A stretch of DNA of 64,000 bases. It comes from Elusimicrobiota bacterium (GTDB taxonomy: Bacteria > Elusimicrobiota > Elusimicrobia > UBA1565 > UBA9628). The stretch spans positions 1,354 to 65,353 of the forward strand of contig JACPOW010000029.1 in assembly GCA_016191335.1 (NCBI GenBank), given 5' to 3'. The position numbers and the translations under genes are program-made. Positions 8,782-17,835 of this stretch are shown here, piece after piece. Each line of letters begins with the position of its first letter. The stretch's first letter is position 1. The notes under the pieces were generated by a model. The model made no database searches, was not told the origin of the DNA, and saw only the letters and a list, made by a program, of their open reading frames with translations.

Positions 8782-9603
8782 ATGACCCCTCGTCCGAGGC
8801 TCGCCTTGCTCCTGTGCCTCTCGGCCATCTCCGCGCGCGCCTTGGATTGCGCGACGGTCAAGCCCGGCGCCAAGGACTTCGCCTTGGCCGAGCTGTCCTG
8901 CCTGAAGACGGGGCCCGCCGCCGGGGACGCGGCGGCGATGTTCCAGGCGCTGTCCTCGGCCCAGTGGCCGCCGGGACTGACCCAGAGCCTGACGCGGGCG
9001 GGGCTGCGCGTGCGCTTCGCCGCGCCGAACGCGCGCGTCGAGGCGGAGCAGAGCGGCGTCTACGCCTGGGAGGAGAAGACCGTCTACCTGTGGGACCGGC
9101 CGCGGGCCGCGGTGGTCGTCCATGAGCTGGGCCACGCGGTGGACGACCTGCTCCTGCCCGACGCGCTCGGCGCCTCGCCGTGCAAGGTCATGGCGTCCAA
9201 CACCGACGAGGAGTTCGTCGGGATCTGGAAGGCCTACATCCGCCGCGTCAACGCGCACATGAAAATGGACGTCGACGACGACGGCGGGCGCCGGCTGCCG
9301 ATCAGCGAGGCCTCGGCCCGGGCGTTCTTGGGGAGCTTCTCGGGCAGCGCGTCGGGCTGGTTCACCGAGTTGCCGCTGTTCGACGACCCGAAGAACCCCA
9401 TCACCGGGCCTCGCGGCTACGTTTCCATCCAGGAATATTGGGCTGAGAGCGTCCAGCGCCGCGTCACCTCCGGCGCCTGGCTGAAGGCGAGGGACGCCCA
9501 GGCCCACGCCTACATCGAGCGCATGCTCGCCCGGGCGGAGAAGGGGCCGCTCGAGACGGTGAGGCTCCCCGTCGACGCGAGCCGCTGCGAGAACCTCCGC
9601 TAA
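8782..9603 (+). CDS. Secreted zinc metallopeptidase, ATLF/Pro-Pro-endopeptidase-like
   Basis: Signal peptide; VVHELGHAVDD and downstream Y...QEYWAES; TTGATT-17-TATCCT promoter 6 nt before ATG. Confidence 0.62.
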   Translation: MTPRPRLALLLCLSAISARALDCATVKPGAKDFALAELSCLKTGPAAGDAAAMFQALSSAQWPPGLTQSLTRAGLRVRFAAPNARVEAEQSGVYAWEEKTVYLWDRPRAAVVVHELGHAVDDLLLPDALGASPCKVMASNTDEEFVGIWKAYIRRVNAHMKMDVDDDGGRRLPISEASARAFLGSFSGSASGWFTELPLFDDPKNPITGPRGYVSIQEYWAESVQRRVTSGAWLKARDAQAHAYIERMLARAEKGPLETVRLPVDASRCENLR

Positions 9604-9657
9604 GACCCCGAGAACCCGTCGCCCGGCCTCGTCGCGCTCGACGACGGCGGCCGCGGC

Positions 9658-9694
9658 ATGCAACTTTTTCGGGGGGGCGATCGTCTGTTAAGTG
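9658..9694 (+). repeat. 37-bp repeated element, copy 1 (ECF-promoter-like AAC-N17-CGT)
   Basis: ATGCAACTTTTTCGGGGGGGCGATCGTCTGTTAAGTG; 35/37 identical to 13338-13374. Confidence 0.8.
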
Positions 9695-9727
9695 GGGGCT
9701 GGCTCGCGGTGAGCGAGAGGGCGCGGC

Positions 9728-9886
9728 CTACTTCCCGGCTTTTTCGAGAGCGAGTTCGAGAAGGACGACGATCTCGCTGCTGATGGAGCGGCGCTCGGCG
9801 TCCGCCCGCTTGGCGAGCTTTTCGTAAAGGTCCTTCGGTATCGAGGCCGAGGTCCGAACTAGATCGCCGGTTCTTTTCTGGCGCAT
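9728..9886 (-). CDS. Arc/ribbon-helix-helix DNA-binding protein (52 aa, below ORF-track cutoff)
   Basis: Translated by hand: MRQKRTGDLVRTSASIPKDLYEKLAKRADAERRSISSEIVVLLELALEKAGK; AGGAG RBS upstream. Confidence 0.8.
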   Translation of the reverse strand: MRQKRTGDLVRTSASIPKDLYEKLAKRADAERRSISSEIVVLLELALEKAGK

Positions 9887-9896
9887 GATGCTCCTA

Positions 9897-9925
9897 TTGA
9901 CAAGCTGGGCGTAGTGATGTATAGT
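9897..9925 (+). promoter_or_regulatory. Sigma70 promoter of the ORF6N-DUF1016 operon
   Basis: TTGACA-17-TATAGT; a GTAGT...ACTAC inverted repeat flanks the -10 box. Confidence 0.65.
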
Positions 9926-9987
9926 ATTGTACTACAGCGCGGCGCGATCCGTTCCTAGAGATTCATCTTAGCTTTAGGAGGCGGATC

Positions 9988-10356
9988 ATGGGAAAACCCG
10001 ATGCGGCCGGAACGCTGGAGTCCTTGAAGCAGCTCGCGCGCGGGCAGCGCGTGCTGTTCGATCGAGACGCGGCGAAATACTTCCAAGTTCGCTTGAGCAC
10101 GCTGAGTGCGACCGTCGAGCGGTGGCGCGACCACTTTCCGGCGGATTTCCTGCTCGTGTTCCGAGGCTGCGAGGCCCGCGGCTATGAGCGACGAAGCGGG
10201 ATCTTGAGGCCGCGTCGCCTCGTGCGAGCGTTCACCGAGGTCGGGATCGAATCTCTGGCGGGAACATTGAGGTCCGAGCGGGCGGTCGCGCACAGCATTG
10301 CCACCATCCGGGAAGGGTTCGCCAACTTCGATCTGATCCGAGCGAGGCGGCTGTGA
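9988..10356 (+). CDS. ORF6N-domain protein (divergent, phage antirepressor-like DNA binding)
   Basis: RGQRVLFDRD, RDHFPADF, AFTEVG and LRSERA match the ORF6N pattern; AGGAGG RBS. Confidence 0.7.
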   Translation: MGKPDAAGTLESLKQLARGQRVLFDRDAAKYFQVRLSTLSATVERWRDHFPADFLLVFRGCEARGYERRSGILRPRRLVRAFTEVGIESLAGTLRSERAVAHSIATIREGFANFDLIRARRL

Positions 10357-11369
10357 ACCCCGGCGGATACGCGAAGTTGCTGGATGGCATCAAAGCGCGC
10401 GTGCGCGCGGCGCGGTCGCGAGCGGCTGCCGCGGTCAACTCGGAGCTGGTGGTGCTTTACTGGCATATCGGGCGTGAGATCCTGAAGCGCCAAAGCGACG
10501 AGGGATGGGGGACGAAGGTCATCGACCGTCTGTCCCTCGATCTGAAGGGGGAGTTCCCGGATGTGCGGGGATTCTCACCGCGAAATCTCAAATACATGAG
10601 GGAATTCGCGAAAAAATGGCCGCAGAAGGCAATTGTGCAGACAGTGTCTGCACAATTGAGTTGGTCTCATAACACGGCCCTGCTCGACAGGATCGATGAT
10701 GAAGAATCGCGATGCTGGTATGCCAGACAGGCCGTAGGAAACGGATGGAGTTTGAATGTGCTCCTACACCAGATCTCGACCGGTCTCTATGAGAGGCAAG
10801 GTCGGGCGCTGACGAACTTCGCTCGGACTTTGCCGCCGGCGCAGTCGGACCTGGCGCGGGAGGTGCTGAAGGATCCGTACTCGCTGGAATTCCTGGGCAT
10901 GGGCGGTGATTCGGACGAGAGGGTCGTGGAGAGCGGCCTTCTTCAGCGCCTGCAGAAGTTCCTTCTCGAGCTCGGCACCGGATTCGCCTTCGTCGGGCGG
11001 CAGGTCCGTTTCGAGGTCGGGGGCGAGGAGTTCTTCATGGACCTGCTCTTCTATCACCTTAAGCTGCGTTGTTTCGTGGTGGTCGAGCTGAAGGCGGGTA
11101 AGTTCAAGCCGGAGCACGCGGGGAAGATGAGTTTCTATCTGGCGGCCGTGGACGATAAGATGCGTCACGCGGAAGACCGGCCGAGCATCGGCATGATCCT
11201 ATGCCGCTCGAAGAACAAGGTCGTGGTCGAATACTCATTGCAGGCCACGGGCCGGCCTATCGGGGTCTCTTCCTACACGTTGTCGAGGACGCTTCCGGAA
11301 AATCTCAAAGACGCTCTGCCGCCGCCTGAAGACCTCGAAAAGGCGATGCTCGGTGAGGATATCGGTTGA
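10353..11369 (+). CDS. DUF1016 / YhcG-family PD-(D/E)xK nuclease-domain protein
   Basis: VNSELVVLYWHIG, GFSPRNLKYMR, LSWSH, KDPYSLEFL, FLLELGTGFAFVGRQ, DLLFYHLKLRCFVVVELK. Confidence 0.93.
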   Translation: MNPGGYAKLLDGIKARVRAARSRAAAAVNSELVVLYWHIGREILKRQSDEGWGTKVIDRLSLDLKGEFPDVRGFSPRNLKYMREFAKKWPQKAIVQTVSAQLSWSHNTALLDRIDDEESRCWYARQAVGNGWSLNVLLHQISTGLYERQGRALTNFARTLPPAQSDLAREVLKDPYSLEFLGMGGDSDERVVESGLLQRLQKFLLELGTGFAFVGRQVRFEVGGEEFFMDLLFYHLKLRCFVVVELKAGKFKPEHAGKMSFYLAAVDDKMRHAEDRPSIGMILCRSKNKVVVEYSLQATGRPIGVSSYTLSRTLPENLKDALPPPEDLEKAMLGEDIG

Positions 11370-11422
11370 ACGGCGGCGAAGGCCGCCTTGCGCTAGGGCA
11401 CGGCGAAGGCTACAGTGTGACC

Positions 11423-12589
11423 ATGGCGGGCATGAAACTCCTCGGCGGCCGGATCACCGTGCACACGGAGCCCTTCTTCTGGCTCATGGCCGGTCTGTTC
11501 GGATTCTCCCTCGGGCGCGGCTCGCCGCGGGAGAGCGTGTTCTGGGCGGCGGTGGTCGCGTTCTCCGTGCTGGCCCACGAGCTGGGTCACGCGGCGGTGT
11601 GCCTGATGTGGGGCAAGGGGGCGGACATCTCGCTCCACGGCTTCGGCGGGGCAACGCGGCCGCGCGACGCGTCGCGGTTCGGGACCTGGAGGACGGCGCT
11701 GCTGGACCTGGCGGGGTGCGCGGCGGGGTTCGCCATCGCGGCGCTGAGCCTCGGGATCCTGTACTACGGCGCCGTGAACAAGGGGAGCGTGCCGCCGGAG
11801 GCGCTCAAGGTGGCGACGGCCCTGGCCACCGTCAACGTCTGGTTCTCGGTTTTCAATCTATTGCCCGTCTCGCCCATGGACGGAGGCAAGCTCGTCTCCG
11901 GCTTGCTGAGCGCGCGCTGGGGCGTCAACGGCAAGCGCGCCGCCCACGGTCTGGGGCTGGCGCTCGGGGGAGCGGCGGCGCTGTACTTCTATCGCGGAGG
12001 GGCGATGTACGGGACCTTCCTGTGCGGAGCGATGGCGGCGGGAGAGGCGCGCGCGCTCAAGCGCTCGCTGTCCATGACGGCGGCCGACTCCGACGAGACC
12101 CTGACGGCCGAGCTGCCGCGGGCCGTGGAGCTGTGGGACAAAGGACGCCACGAGGAGGCGGTCGCGGTGGTGGCCGCCTTGCGGGAGAAGACGAAGGCGG
12201 GGCTCACCTACGGCGCGGCGACCTTGCACCTCGCGTATTTCCAGTACCTGATGGAGAGATATCCGGAGTCCTACGCCTGCTTCAAGGAAGCGAACGAGGG
12301 CGACCTATCCGCGCCGCTCAAGCGCGCGTACGCGGACGCGGCCCTGCGCCAGAAGGATTTTTCGACGGCGCTGAGGCTGGGGCGGACGAATTTCCACGAT
12401 CAGCCCGGGCCGGACACCGCGCTGGCGGCGGCGCTGGCGGCGGCGGGGCTGGGGGACGCGCGGGAGACGGCGACCTGGCTCAAGACCGCGCTGAGGCTGG
12501 GGCTCGACCGGAACGCGCTGCGCGCCCGGGAGTTCGACGCGGTGCGCGGCGCCGAGGAGTTCCAGGACCTCCTCGGCGGCTCGCGCTAG
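11423..12589 (+). CDS. Site-2 protease (M50) with C-terminal TPR-like region
   Basis: LAHELGH and FNLLPVSPMDGG motifs, several TM helices; TACAGT 6 nt before ATG 11423. Confidence 0.88.
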   Translation: MAGMKLLGGRITVHTEPFFWLMAGLFGFSLGRGSPRESVFWAAVVAFSVLAHELGHAAVCLMWGKGADISLHGFGGATRPRDASRFGTWRTALLDLAGCAAGFAIAALSLGILYYGAVNKGSVPPEALKVATALATVNVWFSVFNLLPVSPMDGGKLVSGLLSARWGVNGKRAAHGLGLALGGAAALYFYRGGAMYGTFLCGAMAAGEARALKRSLSMTAADSDETLTAELPRAVELWDKGRHEEAVAVVAALREKTKAGLTYGAATLHLAYFQYLMERYPESYACFKEANEGDLSAPLKRAYADAALRQKDFSTALRLGRTNFHDQPGPDTALAAALAAAGLGDARETATWLKTALRLGLDRNALRAREFDAVRGAEEFQDLLGGSR

Positions 12590-12595
12590 CGACGG

Positions 12596-13252
12596 CTAAG
12601 GAGCCGGGACGACGGCCGGCTTTCGTTTGCGCAGGGGAGCCGCGCGGGGCAGGGAGTTCGCCTCCCGGATGATCTCCTCGGCGGTCTTGCCGCCGGAGGC
12701 CGGGGCGGGGGTGGCGGAGGTCTGGCCGCCGGGGGCGGCGTCGGGGGGAGAGGCCTTCTGCTCGAAGCCGCCGGCGCTGGCGCGCTTGACGCGTTCCTTG
12801 GAGTCGAGGATGCTGGAGCTGCGCAGTTCCTCGCGCTCGACTTCCTCCTGCTGGTAGTTCGCGATCTCCTTGCGGACCTTGGCCAGGTCGGCGCGGTTCT
12901 CGGCGAGGGATTTGTCGGTCTTGGCGCGCTGCTCGGGGTCGGCTTCGGCGGCGGGCTCGGACTCCTCGCGGAGGATGACGTAGAGGGACAGGCCGATCTC
13001 GCTCAAGGCCTCGTATTCGTCGCGGCGCAGCTCGTCGAGCGTGGGCTTGATCGAGCGGATGTACTTCGCGCGGCCGAGGAACGCGCCGACCCGGCCGAAG
13101 TGCGGCATGCCGGGGCGCTTGGTGAAGTCGTGTTTGGGGAAGGGGCTGCCGTCGGGATTCCCCGACGGGGCGGGGTTGTCGGGGACGCCGGCGAGGGCGG
13201 GGACGGCGAGGGCGGAGAGGAGCGCGGCGACAAGCCAGGCGGAGCGGTTCAT
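12596..13252 (-). CDS. Secreted hypothetical protein with coiled coil
   Basis: AGGAGG RBS, signal peptide ending ALA, host-like codon usage. Confidence 0.65.
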   Translation of the reverse strand: MNRSAWLVAALLSALAVPALAGVPDNPAPSGNPDGSPFPKHDFTKRPGMPHFGRVGAFLGRAKYIRSIKPTLDELRRDEYEALSEIGLSLYVILREESEPAAEADPEQRAKTDKSLAENRADLAKVRKEIANYQQEEVEREELRSSSILDSKERVKRASAGGFEQKASPPDAAPGGQTSATPAPASGGKTAEEIIREANSLPRAAPLRKRKPAVVPAP

Positions 13253-13337
13253 GAGGGGCCTCCTAGGACTCCCGGAGTGTAGCTCCGGAACCTCGCGGCC
13301 GCAAGGGGAATGACGATAGTGACTGGGCGCCTTCGGT

Positions 13338-13374
13338 ATGCAACTTTTTCGGGGGGTCGATCGTCTGATAAGTG
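13338..13374 (+). repeat. 37-bp repeated element, copy 2
   Basis: ATGCAACTTTTTCGGGGGGTCGATCGTCTGATAAGTG. Confidence 0.8.
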
Positions 13375-13391
13375 AGGCCTCGGGGCGGGCC

Positions 13392-13420
13392 TTGAAAATA
13401 CAGCATATACGCTGTATACT
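13392..13420 (+). promoter_or_regulatory. TA operon promoter with overlapping palindromic operator
   Basis: TTGAAA-17-TATACT; inverted repeat ATACAGC-ATATAC-GCTGTAT (13398-13417). Confidence 0.8.
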
Positions 13421-13431
13421 GGGAGGGCCGC

Positions 13432-13788
13432 ATGGTGTATCGGTTGGAGTTTTACCGCACGACGCGGGGCGACGAGCCGGGCCTAGATTACATCCGGGCG
13501 CAGGTGAAGGCGCATAGGGCCAAGATCGGACGGGCTTTGCGGTATTTGGAGGAGTTGGGGCATTCGGCGCGCAGACCGATGGTCGATTATCTGGGAAACG
13601 GTTTATACGAACTGAGGATACCGGCCGACGGACATCAACATAGGGTCCTGTATTTCTTCCATGGAAGGACCGTGATCGTCGTGACGAGCGCGTTTTTGAA
13701 GAACGAAGAAAATGTCCCGGCGGAGGAATTGGCGCGCGCTTCGCGCCGAAGGACGGAGTGGCTCAGATGCCGCGCAGAGGAGATATGA
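13432..13788 (+). CDS. Type II TA toxin, RelE/ParE (Gp49/HigB-like)
   Basis: LEFYRT, RPMVDYLGNGLYELRI, HRVLYFF, TSAFLK; toxin-first order. Confidence 0.87.
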   Translation: MVYRLEFYRTTRGDEPGLDYIRAQVKAHRAKIGRALRYLEELGHSARRPMVDYLGNGLYELRIPADGHQHRVLYFFHGRTVIVVTSAFLKNEENVPAEELARASRRRTEWLRCRAEEI

Positions 13789-14084
13789 AGAAAACCGCGA
13801 GACGAGGTACGACGCTGAAGCAGTATCTGGCTTCGGAGCTGAAGGACCCGGAGTTCCGGCAACTCTATGACGACGCCGACATCGAGCTGAAGGTGGCGTA
13901 CGAGATCACGAAGGCGCGGGAGGCCGCGAAGGTGACGCAAGGGGAACTCGCGCGGCGCATCAAGTCGAAGCAGCAGACCGTCTCGCGCATCGAGCAGGGA
14001 GGGCAGAATCTGACGCTTGTGACCTTGAATCGGATCGCGCGGGCGCTGAAGGGCAGTCTCCAGATAAGGATCGTCACGGCTTGA
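13785..14084 (+). CDS. XRE-family HTH antitoxin (HigA-like)
   Basis: ATGA overlap; LKDPEFRQLY...TQGELARRIKSKQQTVSRIEQG..NLTLVTL. Confidence 0.87.
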   Translation: MKKTARRGTTLKQYLASELKDPEFRQLYDDADIELKVAYEITKAREAAKVTQGELARRIKSKQQTVSRIEQGGQNLTLVTLNRIARALKGSLQIRIVTA

Positions 14085-14184
14085 GCTTTCGCCGCGGCCC
14101 CTGGCGAAAAACGGGCGCGCGCCCTATACTCCTGGTCCCGGCGCCCAAACCCGGCGCCGGATCCACCAGCTGTTCGGAGGCCTG

Positions 14185-14550
14185 ATGGCTGACCCGAGAC
14201 TGGATGTGGTCGTGGTTCCGAGGAAGGGCGGTTTCCAGTGGCCCGGACGCGAGACGCTCGACGAGCGCACGCGGATCCTCTTCGAGTCGCGCACGCTCAA
14301 GGAGCTGGCCTACGCGACCGGCACGATCGACGCCGAGAACCTGGAGTCGGTGCTCGGCTTCTGGGAGTACCTGCAGGCGGACTGGCGCTGGCTGCACGAC
14401 GCCGAGTTCCGCGCGGAGAACCCGGATTATTTCTCCTGGCACAACGCCAGCCTTCGCGAGGGCGGGCACTACCTGCGCGAGACGCACTGGAAGGGCGGCA
14501 TCCCCGAGACGGAGAGCGTCTCCGAGTATCTGGACAGCCTGACCAACTAG
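14185..14550 (+). CDS. Hypothetical protein
   Basis: GGAGG RBS, host-like GC3, protein-like composition. Confidence 0.6.
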   Translation: MADPRLDVVVVPRKGGFQWPGRETLDERTRILFESRTLKELAYATGTIDAENLESVLGFWEYLQADWRWLHDAEFRAENPDYFSWHNASLREGGHYLRETHWKGGIPETESVSEYLDSLTN

Positions 14551-14551
14551 G

Positions 14552-15196
14552 TCAGTAGGAGGTCCAGGAGCTGCCCCGGGAGTCGGTGTGGGTGCAGTCG
14601 ATGAACACCGTCCCCGTGGGGGCGGCGTACGCCCATTTCCCCGTGTCGGACGCCGCGCCGCCGGTCAGGACCGCCGCGGGCGTTTCGGGGTGCGGGATCT
14701 CCGTGTAGCGGCCCCACAGCGGGGGGAGCTCGCCCAGGTCGTCGAGGGTGGGCGGGGGATTCCCGCCGTGGGAGGTCCGGTAGCGCTCGACGACGGCGCG
14801 CAGGTCGGCGAGGCGGGCCTTGAGGGCGCCTTCGTGGCTGCGGCGGAACAGGCCGGAGAAGTACGGGGCCACCATCGCGAAGAGCAAAGCGCAGGCGACG
14901 AAGACCGCGATGGTGGTCATGATCTCGCCTTTGAGGGCGGCGACGAGCGCGGGCTTGGCGCCGGTCATGACCTGCCAGGTGTGGCGGGCCGCGGTCCAGG
15001 CCAAGGCGAGGAAGAGGAAGGCGACGACGAGCGAGTTGACGGCCGCCACGGTGAAGCGGCCGCCGCGCTTGAGCTCCGACCAGGCGCCGATCAGCATGCC
15101 GACGGCGCACAGCAGCGGGAAGGCCGTGATCCACAGGGCGCGGAAGGCGGCCCACAGCCAGACCAGCCAGCGCTTCGGAGGCGGAGCCTCGTCCAT
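14552..15196 (-). CDS. Membrane protein with C-terminal pseudopilin/GspG-like domain
   Basis: Three TM helices, then HEGALKARLADLRAVVERY...PPTLDDL...GKWAY...VFIDCTHTDSRG; TTGACG-17-TATGCT-6-ATG. Confidence 0.6.
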   Translation of the reverse strand: MDEAPPPKRWLVWLWAAFRALWITAFPLLCAVGMLIGAWSELKRGGRFTVAAVNSLVVAFLFLALAWTAARHTWQVMTGAKPALVAALKGEIMTTIAVFVACALLFAMVAPYFSGLFRRSHEGALKARLADLRAVVERYRTSHGGNPPPTLDDLGELPPLWGRYTEIPHPETPAAVLTGGAASDTGKWAYAAPTGTVFIDCTHTDSRGSSWTSY

Positions 15197-15272
15197 GGGG
15201 AGAGCATAGCCCGGCGGGGGGCGCCCGTCAACGCGCCATTGACAGGGACGGGGCCGGGGCTATACTAAGGAC

Positions 15273-15866
15273 ATGGCGGCCCTCCTCCCCCTCGCGGTCC
15301 TCCTCGGCGCCCTGGCGCCGCGGGCGTCGGCGATGCCCTCGTCCTACCCGACCCTCGACGCGGCGGCGGTCGCCTTCGTGGACCTGGTGCGGTCCTACCC
15401 GGAGCAGAGGAAGGAGTACTGCGCCTGGCTGATAAAGGAGGCCGACGGGCGCGTCCGCTTCGGGACGATCAACGAGGGCGACATGAACACGTGCCCGAGC
15501 TCGTGGCCCAAGCCCGCGGGGACCGTCGGCTCGGTGCACACGCATCCGATCTGGGGGCCGGGCGCGAAGGCCGTCGACGCGGCGGGCCAGGTGTTCTCCG
15601 AGGGGGATTTCGCCCACGCCGAGCACGCCGACGTGAGCGTGCCGACCTACTTGGGCGCCCCCGCGGGGCACGTGCTGAGGTACGACCCCGGCGGGAGCCT
15701 GTGCTGGGGGCGCAGCTACATCATGAGGAATTTCAAGGTCGTGCGCGACCTGAGCCCCACGGTGGACGGGCGCCTGCCCGTCAACCCCGGCAAGAAGGAC
15801 GCCCTGTTCGACGCCGGCGGGCGCATGATCCCGCGGCCCGCGTACTGCAAGGACGGCCCGCGCTGA
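15273..15866 (+). CDS. Secreted DUF4329/JAB-like metalloenzyme
   Basis: Signal peptide; KEYCAW, SVHTHP, FSEGD (E...HxH...S..D JAB pattern). Confidence 0.65.
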   Translation: MAALLPLAVLLGALAPRASAMPSSYPTLDAAAVAFVDLVRSYPEQRKEYCAWLIKEADGRVRFGTINEGDMNTCPSSWPKPAGTVGSVHTHPIWGPGAKAVDAAGQVFSEGDFAHAEHADVSVPTYLGAPAGHVLRYDPGGSLCWGRSYIMRNFKVVRDLSPTVDGRLPVNPGKKDALFDAGGRMIPRPAYCKDGPR

Positions 15867-15869
15867 CCG

Positions 15870-17804
15870 TCAGGGCCGGACCGTGCCGTTCATGGCGTTG
15901 GCCGTGTACTTCTCCCCGTCGGGCGCGCGCAGGACGGTCCAGTTGCCGTACGAGGCGAAGCCGAACTGCCCCTGGCCCGGGCCCGTCGGGCCCTTGGTGA
16001 CGACGACGAACTTCTGGCGGACGAGGACCTCGCCGAAGGACGCTTCGACGGCGTAGGAGACGATGTCGTCCTTGTCGGCGGCCACGCCGACGAGGTACTT
16101 GCCGTCCTTGAGGACGACGGAGCCGCGCCGGTAGGGGTTGATCCGCACGAAGAAGGATTCCGGGCCCACGAAGGTCATGAGGATGTGGTGGGAGGTGCCG
16201 TTCTCGACGAGGGCGACGCTGCGCTCCTTGAGGCCCGAGAGCCCGACGGCCTCGGGCGGCGTGCCGCGGTTGGTGGTGGCGCGGGCGAGCTCGGCGCCGC
16301 GGGCGGAGGCGTCGCGGCGGGCGTCGCGGCCCTCGGGGTCCGTGGGGAAGGCGTCGGCGAGCAGGGACAAGGCGAAGACCTCCTTGTTGAGGCCTTCTTT
16401 CTTGGAGTCCGCGGCCATCGCGGCCAGGCCCTTCTTGAACTCGGCGTAGAAGGGGTCGTCGAAGGGCGGCGTGCCCACCTCGGAGATCAGGAAGGCGGAG
16501 AGGTCGACGAGGCGGTTGAAATCCTTGGCGTCGCGGGCCTTGCGCCAGACCTCGACCATGGCCTCCAGCGCGCGCTGGGAGCGGACCTCGTCCTTGCCGT
16601 CGCGCATCAGCGGGCGCAGCTCGGCGAAGGCGGCTTCGGGGCTGGTGTCGAGCAGCTTGAGCGTCGCGGCCAGGCGCGCGTCGAGGGATTTGCCGGAGAG
16701 GCGGGCGATGACCGCTTCCTCGGGGGGGCGGCGCTCGCGGCTGGCGGCTTCGCTCAAGCGGCGCTGGGCCTCGTCGTACAGCGGGCCGCAGCGCTCGGGC
16801 TTGGCGGCCAGCAGCTCGTCGGCGCGCGCCTCGATGAGCGCGGCCGCCAAGGTCAGCGCCTCGGTCCGTCTCGGGCCGTCGACGCGCGCGTAGAGGTCGA
16901 CGGAGGGCGGCGGGCCGTCGGGCCGGGGGCGGGCCTGCGCGGGGTCGGCGGCGAGGAGCATGATCGCGTCGTCGAGCAGGGCCTGGGCCTGGGCCCGGGT
17001 CCGGTCGCCGCGGGCCATGAGGACGGCGCGCAGGAGCACGGCGGCCGAGGCGGGGGCTTGGCGCTTGAGCGCGCCCTGGGCCAGGAGGCGGAGCTCGCCG
17101 GGCTCGGCGAGGGCGACGACGTCGCGCGGCAGGTCGCTGTCGAGCGGCTCCCAGGCGCTCATCGCCGCCAGCGCGGCCGACGCGGCGGCGTCGTTCTTGG
17201 CGGCGCGGGCGGCGCGCCATTTCTCGAGCTGGCGGGCGCGCCACTCCTTGAGGGCGTGGCGGGGGTTGATCTCGTCGTTGCCGGTGTCGGCGATCATCGC
17301 CGCGGCGAGGCGGTCGGCGGAGGCGTCGTCGTTCTCCTTGAGGGCGCGCATCAGCCAGTCCGCGCGGTCGTCCGAGACCAGGCGGCGGCGCGTGGCGTCG
17401 ACGGCGCCGGCGGCGATCTCGGCCCACAGGGCCTCCTGCCGCGGCCAGTCCTTGGCCGCTCCGGCGGCGCGGTGGGCGCCGACGAGCAGTCCCGCGATCC
17501 TCTTCTCGGCGACCGCTTTCTCGTCGGCGTCGCGCGGGGCCGCGGCGATCGCGCGCAGCGCGGCCAGCGCGGCGGCGGGGTCCTTGAAGCCGAGCTTGTC
17601 GGCGGCCTCGACGCGCTCGGGCAGGCGGATCTCGCGGCCGTCGTCGGTGATCATCGTGGGCCCGCGCGAGGCCTCGCGCTCGGCGTCGGCCTCGCGCCGG
17701 GCCGAGGAGACCATGAGATGCGTGAAGGCCCACCAGCCGCCGTAGCCGAGGACGCACAGGACGAGGGCGATCTTCAGCCGCTTTTTTACTTCGTCGAGGT
17801 CCAC
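15870..17804 (-). CDS. Membrane-anchored helical-repeat hypothetical protein
   Basis: N-terminal TM, long alpha-solenoid-like region, beta-rich C-terminus; TTGACG-17-TAAACT-6-GTG. Confidence 0.7.
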   Translation of the reverse strand: MDLDEVKKRLKIALVLCVLGYGGWWAFTHLMVSSARREADAEREASRGPTMITDDGREIRLPERVEAADKLGFKDPAAALAALRAIAAAPRDADEKAVAEKRIAGLLVGAHRAAGAAKDWPRQEALWAEIAAGAVDATRRRLVSDDRADWLMRALKENDDASADRLAAAMIADTGNDEINPRHALKEWRARQLEKWRAARAAKNDAAASAALAAMSAWEPLDSDLPRDVVALAEPGELRLLAQGALKRQAPASAAVLLRAVLMARGDRTRAQAQALLDDAIMLLAADPAQARPRPDGPPPSVDLYARVDGPRRTEALTLAAALIEARADELLAAKPERCGPLYDEAQRRLSEAASRERRPPEEAVIARLSGKSLDARLAATLKLLDTSPEAAFAELRPLMRDGKDEVRSQRALEAMVEVWRKARDAKDFNRLVDLSAFLISEVGTPPFDDPFYAEFKKGLAAMAADSKKEGLNKEVFALSLLADAFPTDPEGRDARRDASARGAELARATTNRGTPPEAVGLSGLKERSVALVENGTSHHILMTFVGPESFFVRINPYRRGSVVLKDGKYLVGVAADKDDIVSYAVEASFGEVLVRQKFVVVTKGPTGPGQGQFGFASYGNWTVLRAPDGEKYTANAMNGTVRP

Positions 17805-17835
17805 GGTCGAAGTTTAGCCCCGCGGGAAAATCGCG

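Noticed and set aside
6853-9663. 936-aa minus-strand ORF and other long shadow ORFs (e.g. 26891-29005, 35635-38526, 38523-41723, 43314-45812, 55927-58368)
   Set aside because: Arg/Gly/Ala-rich antisense or off-frame products of high-GC genes that have clear family motifs in another frame.
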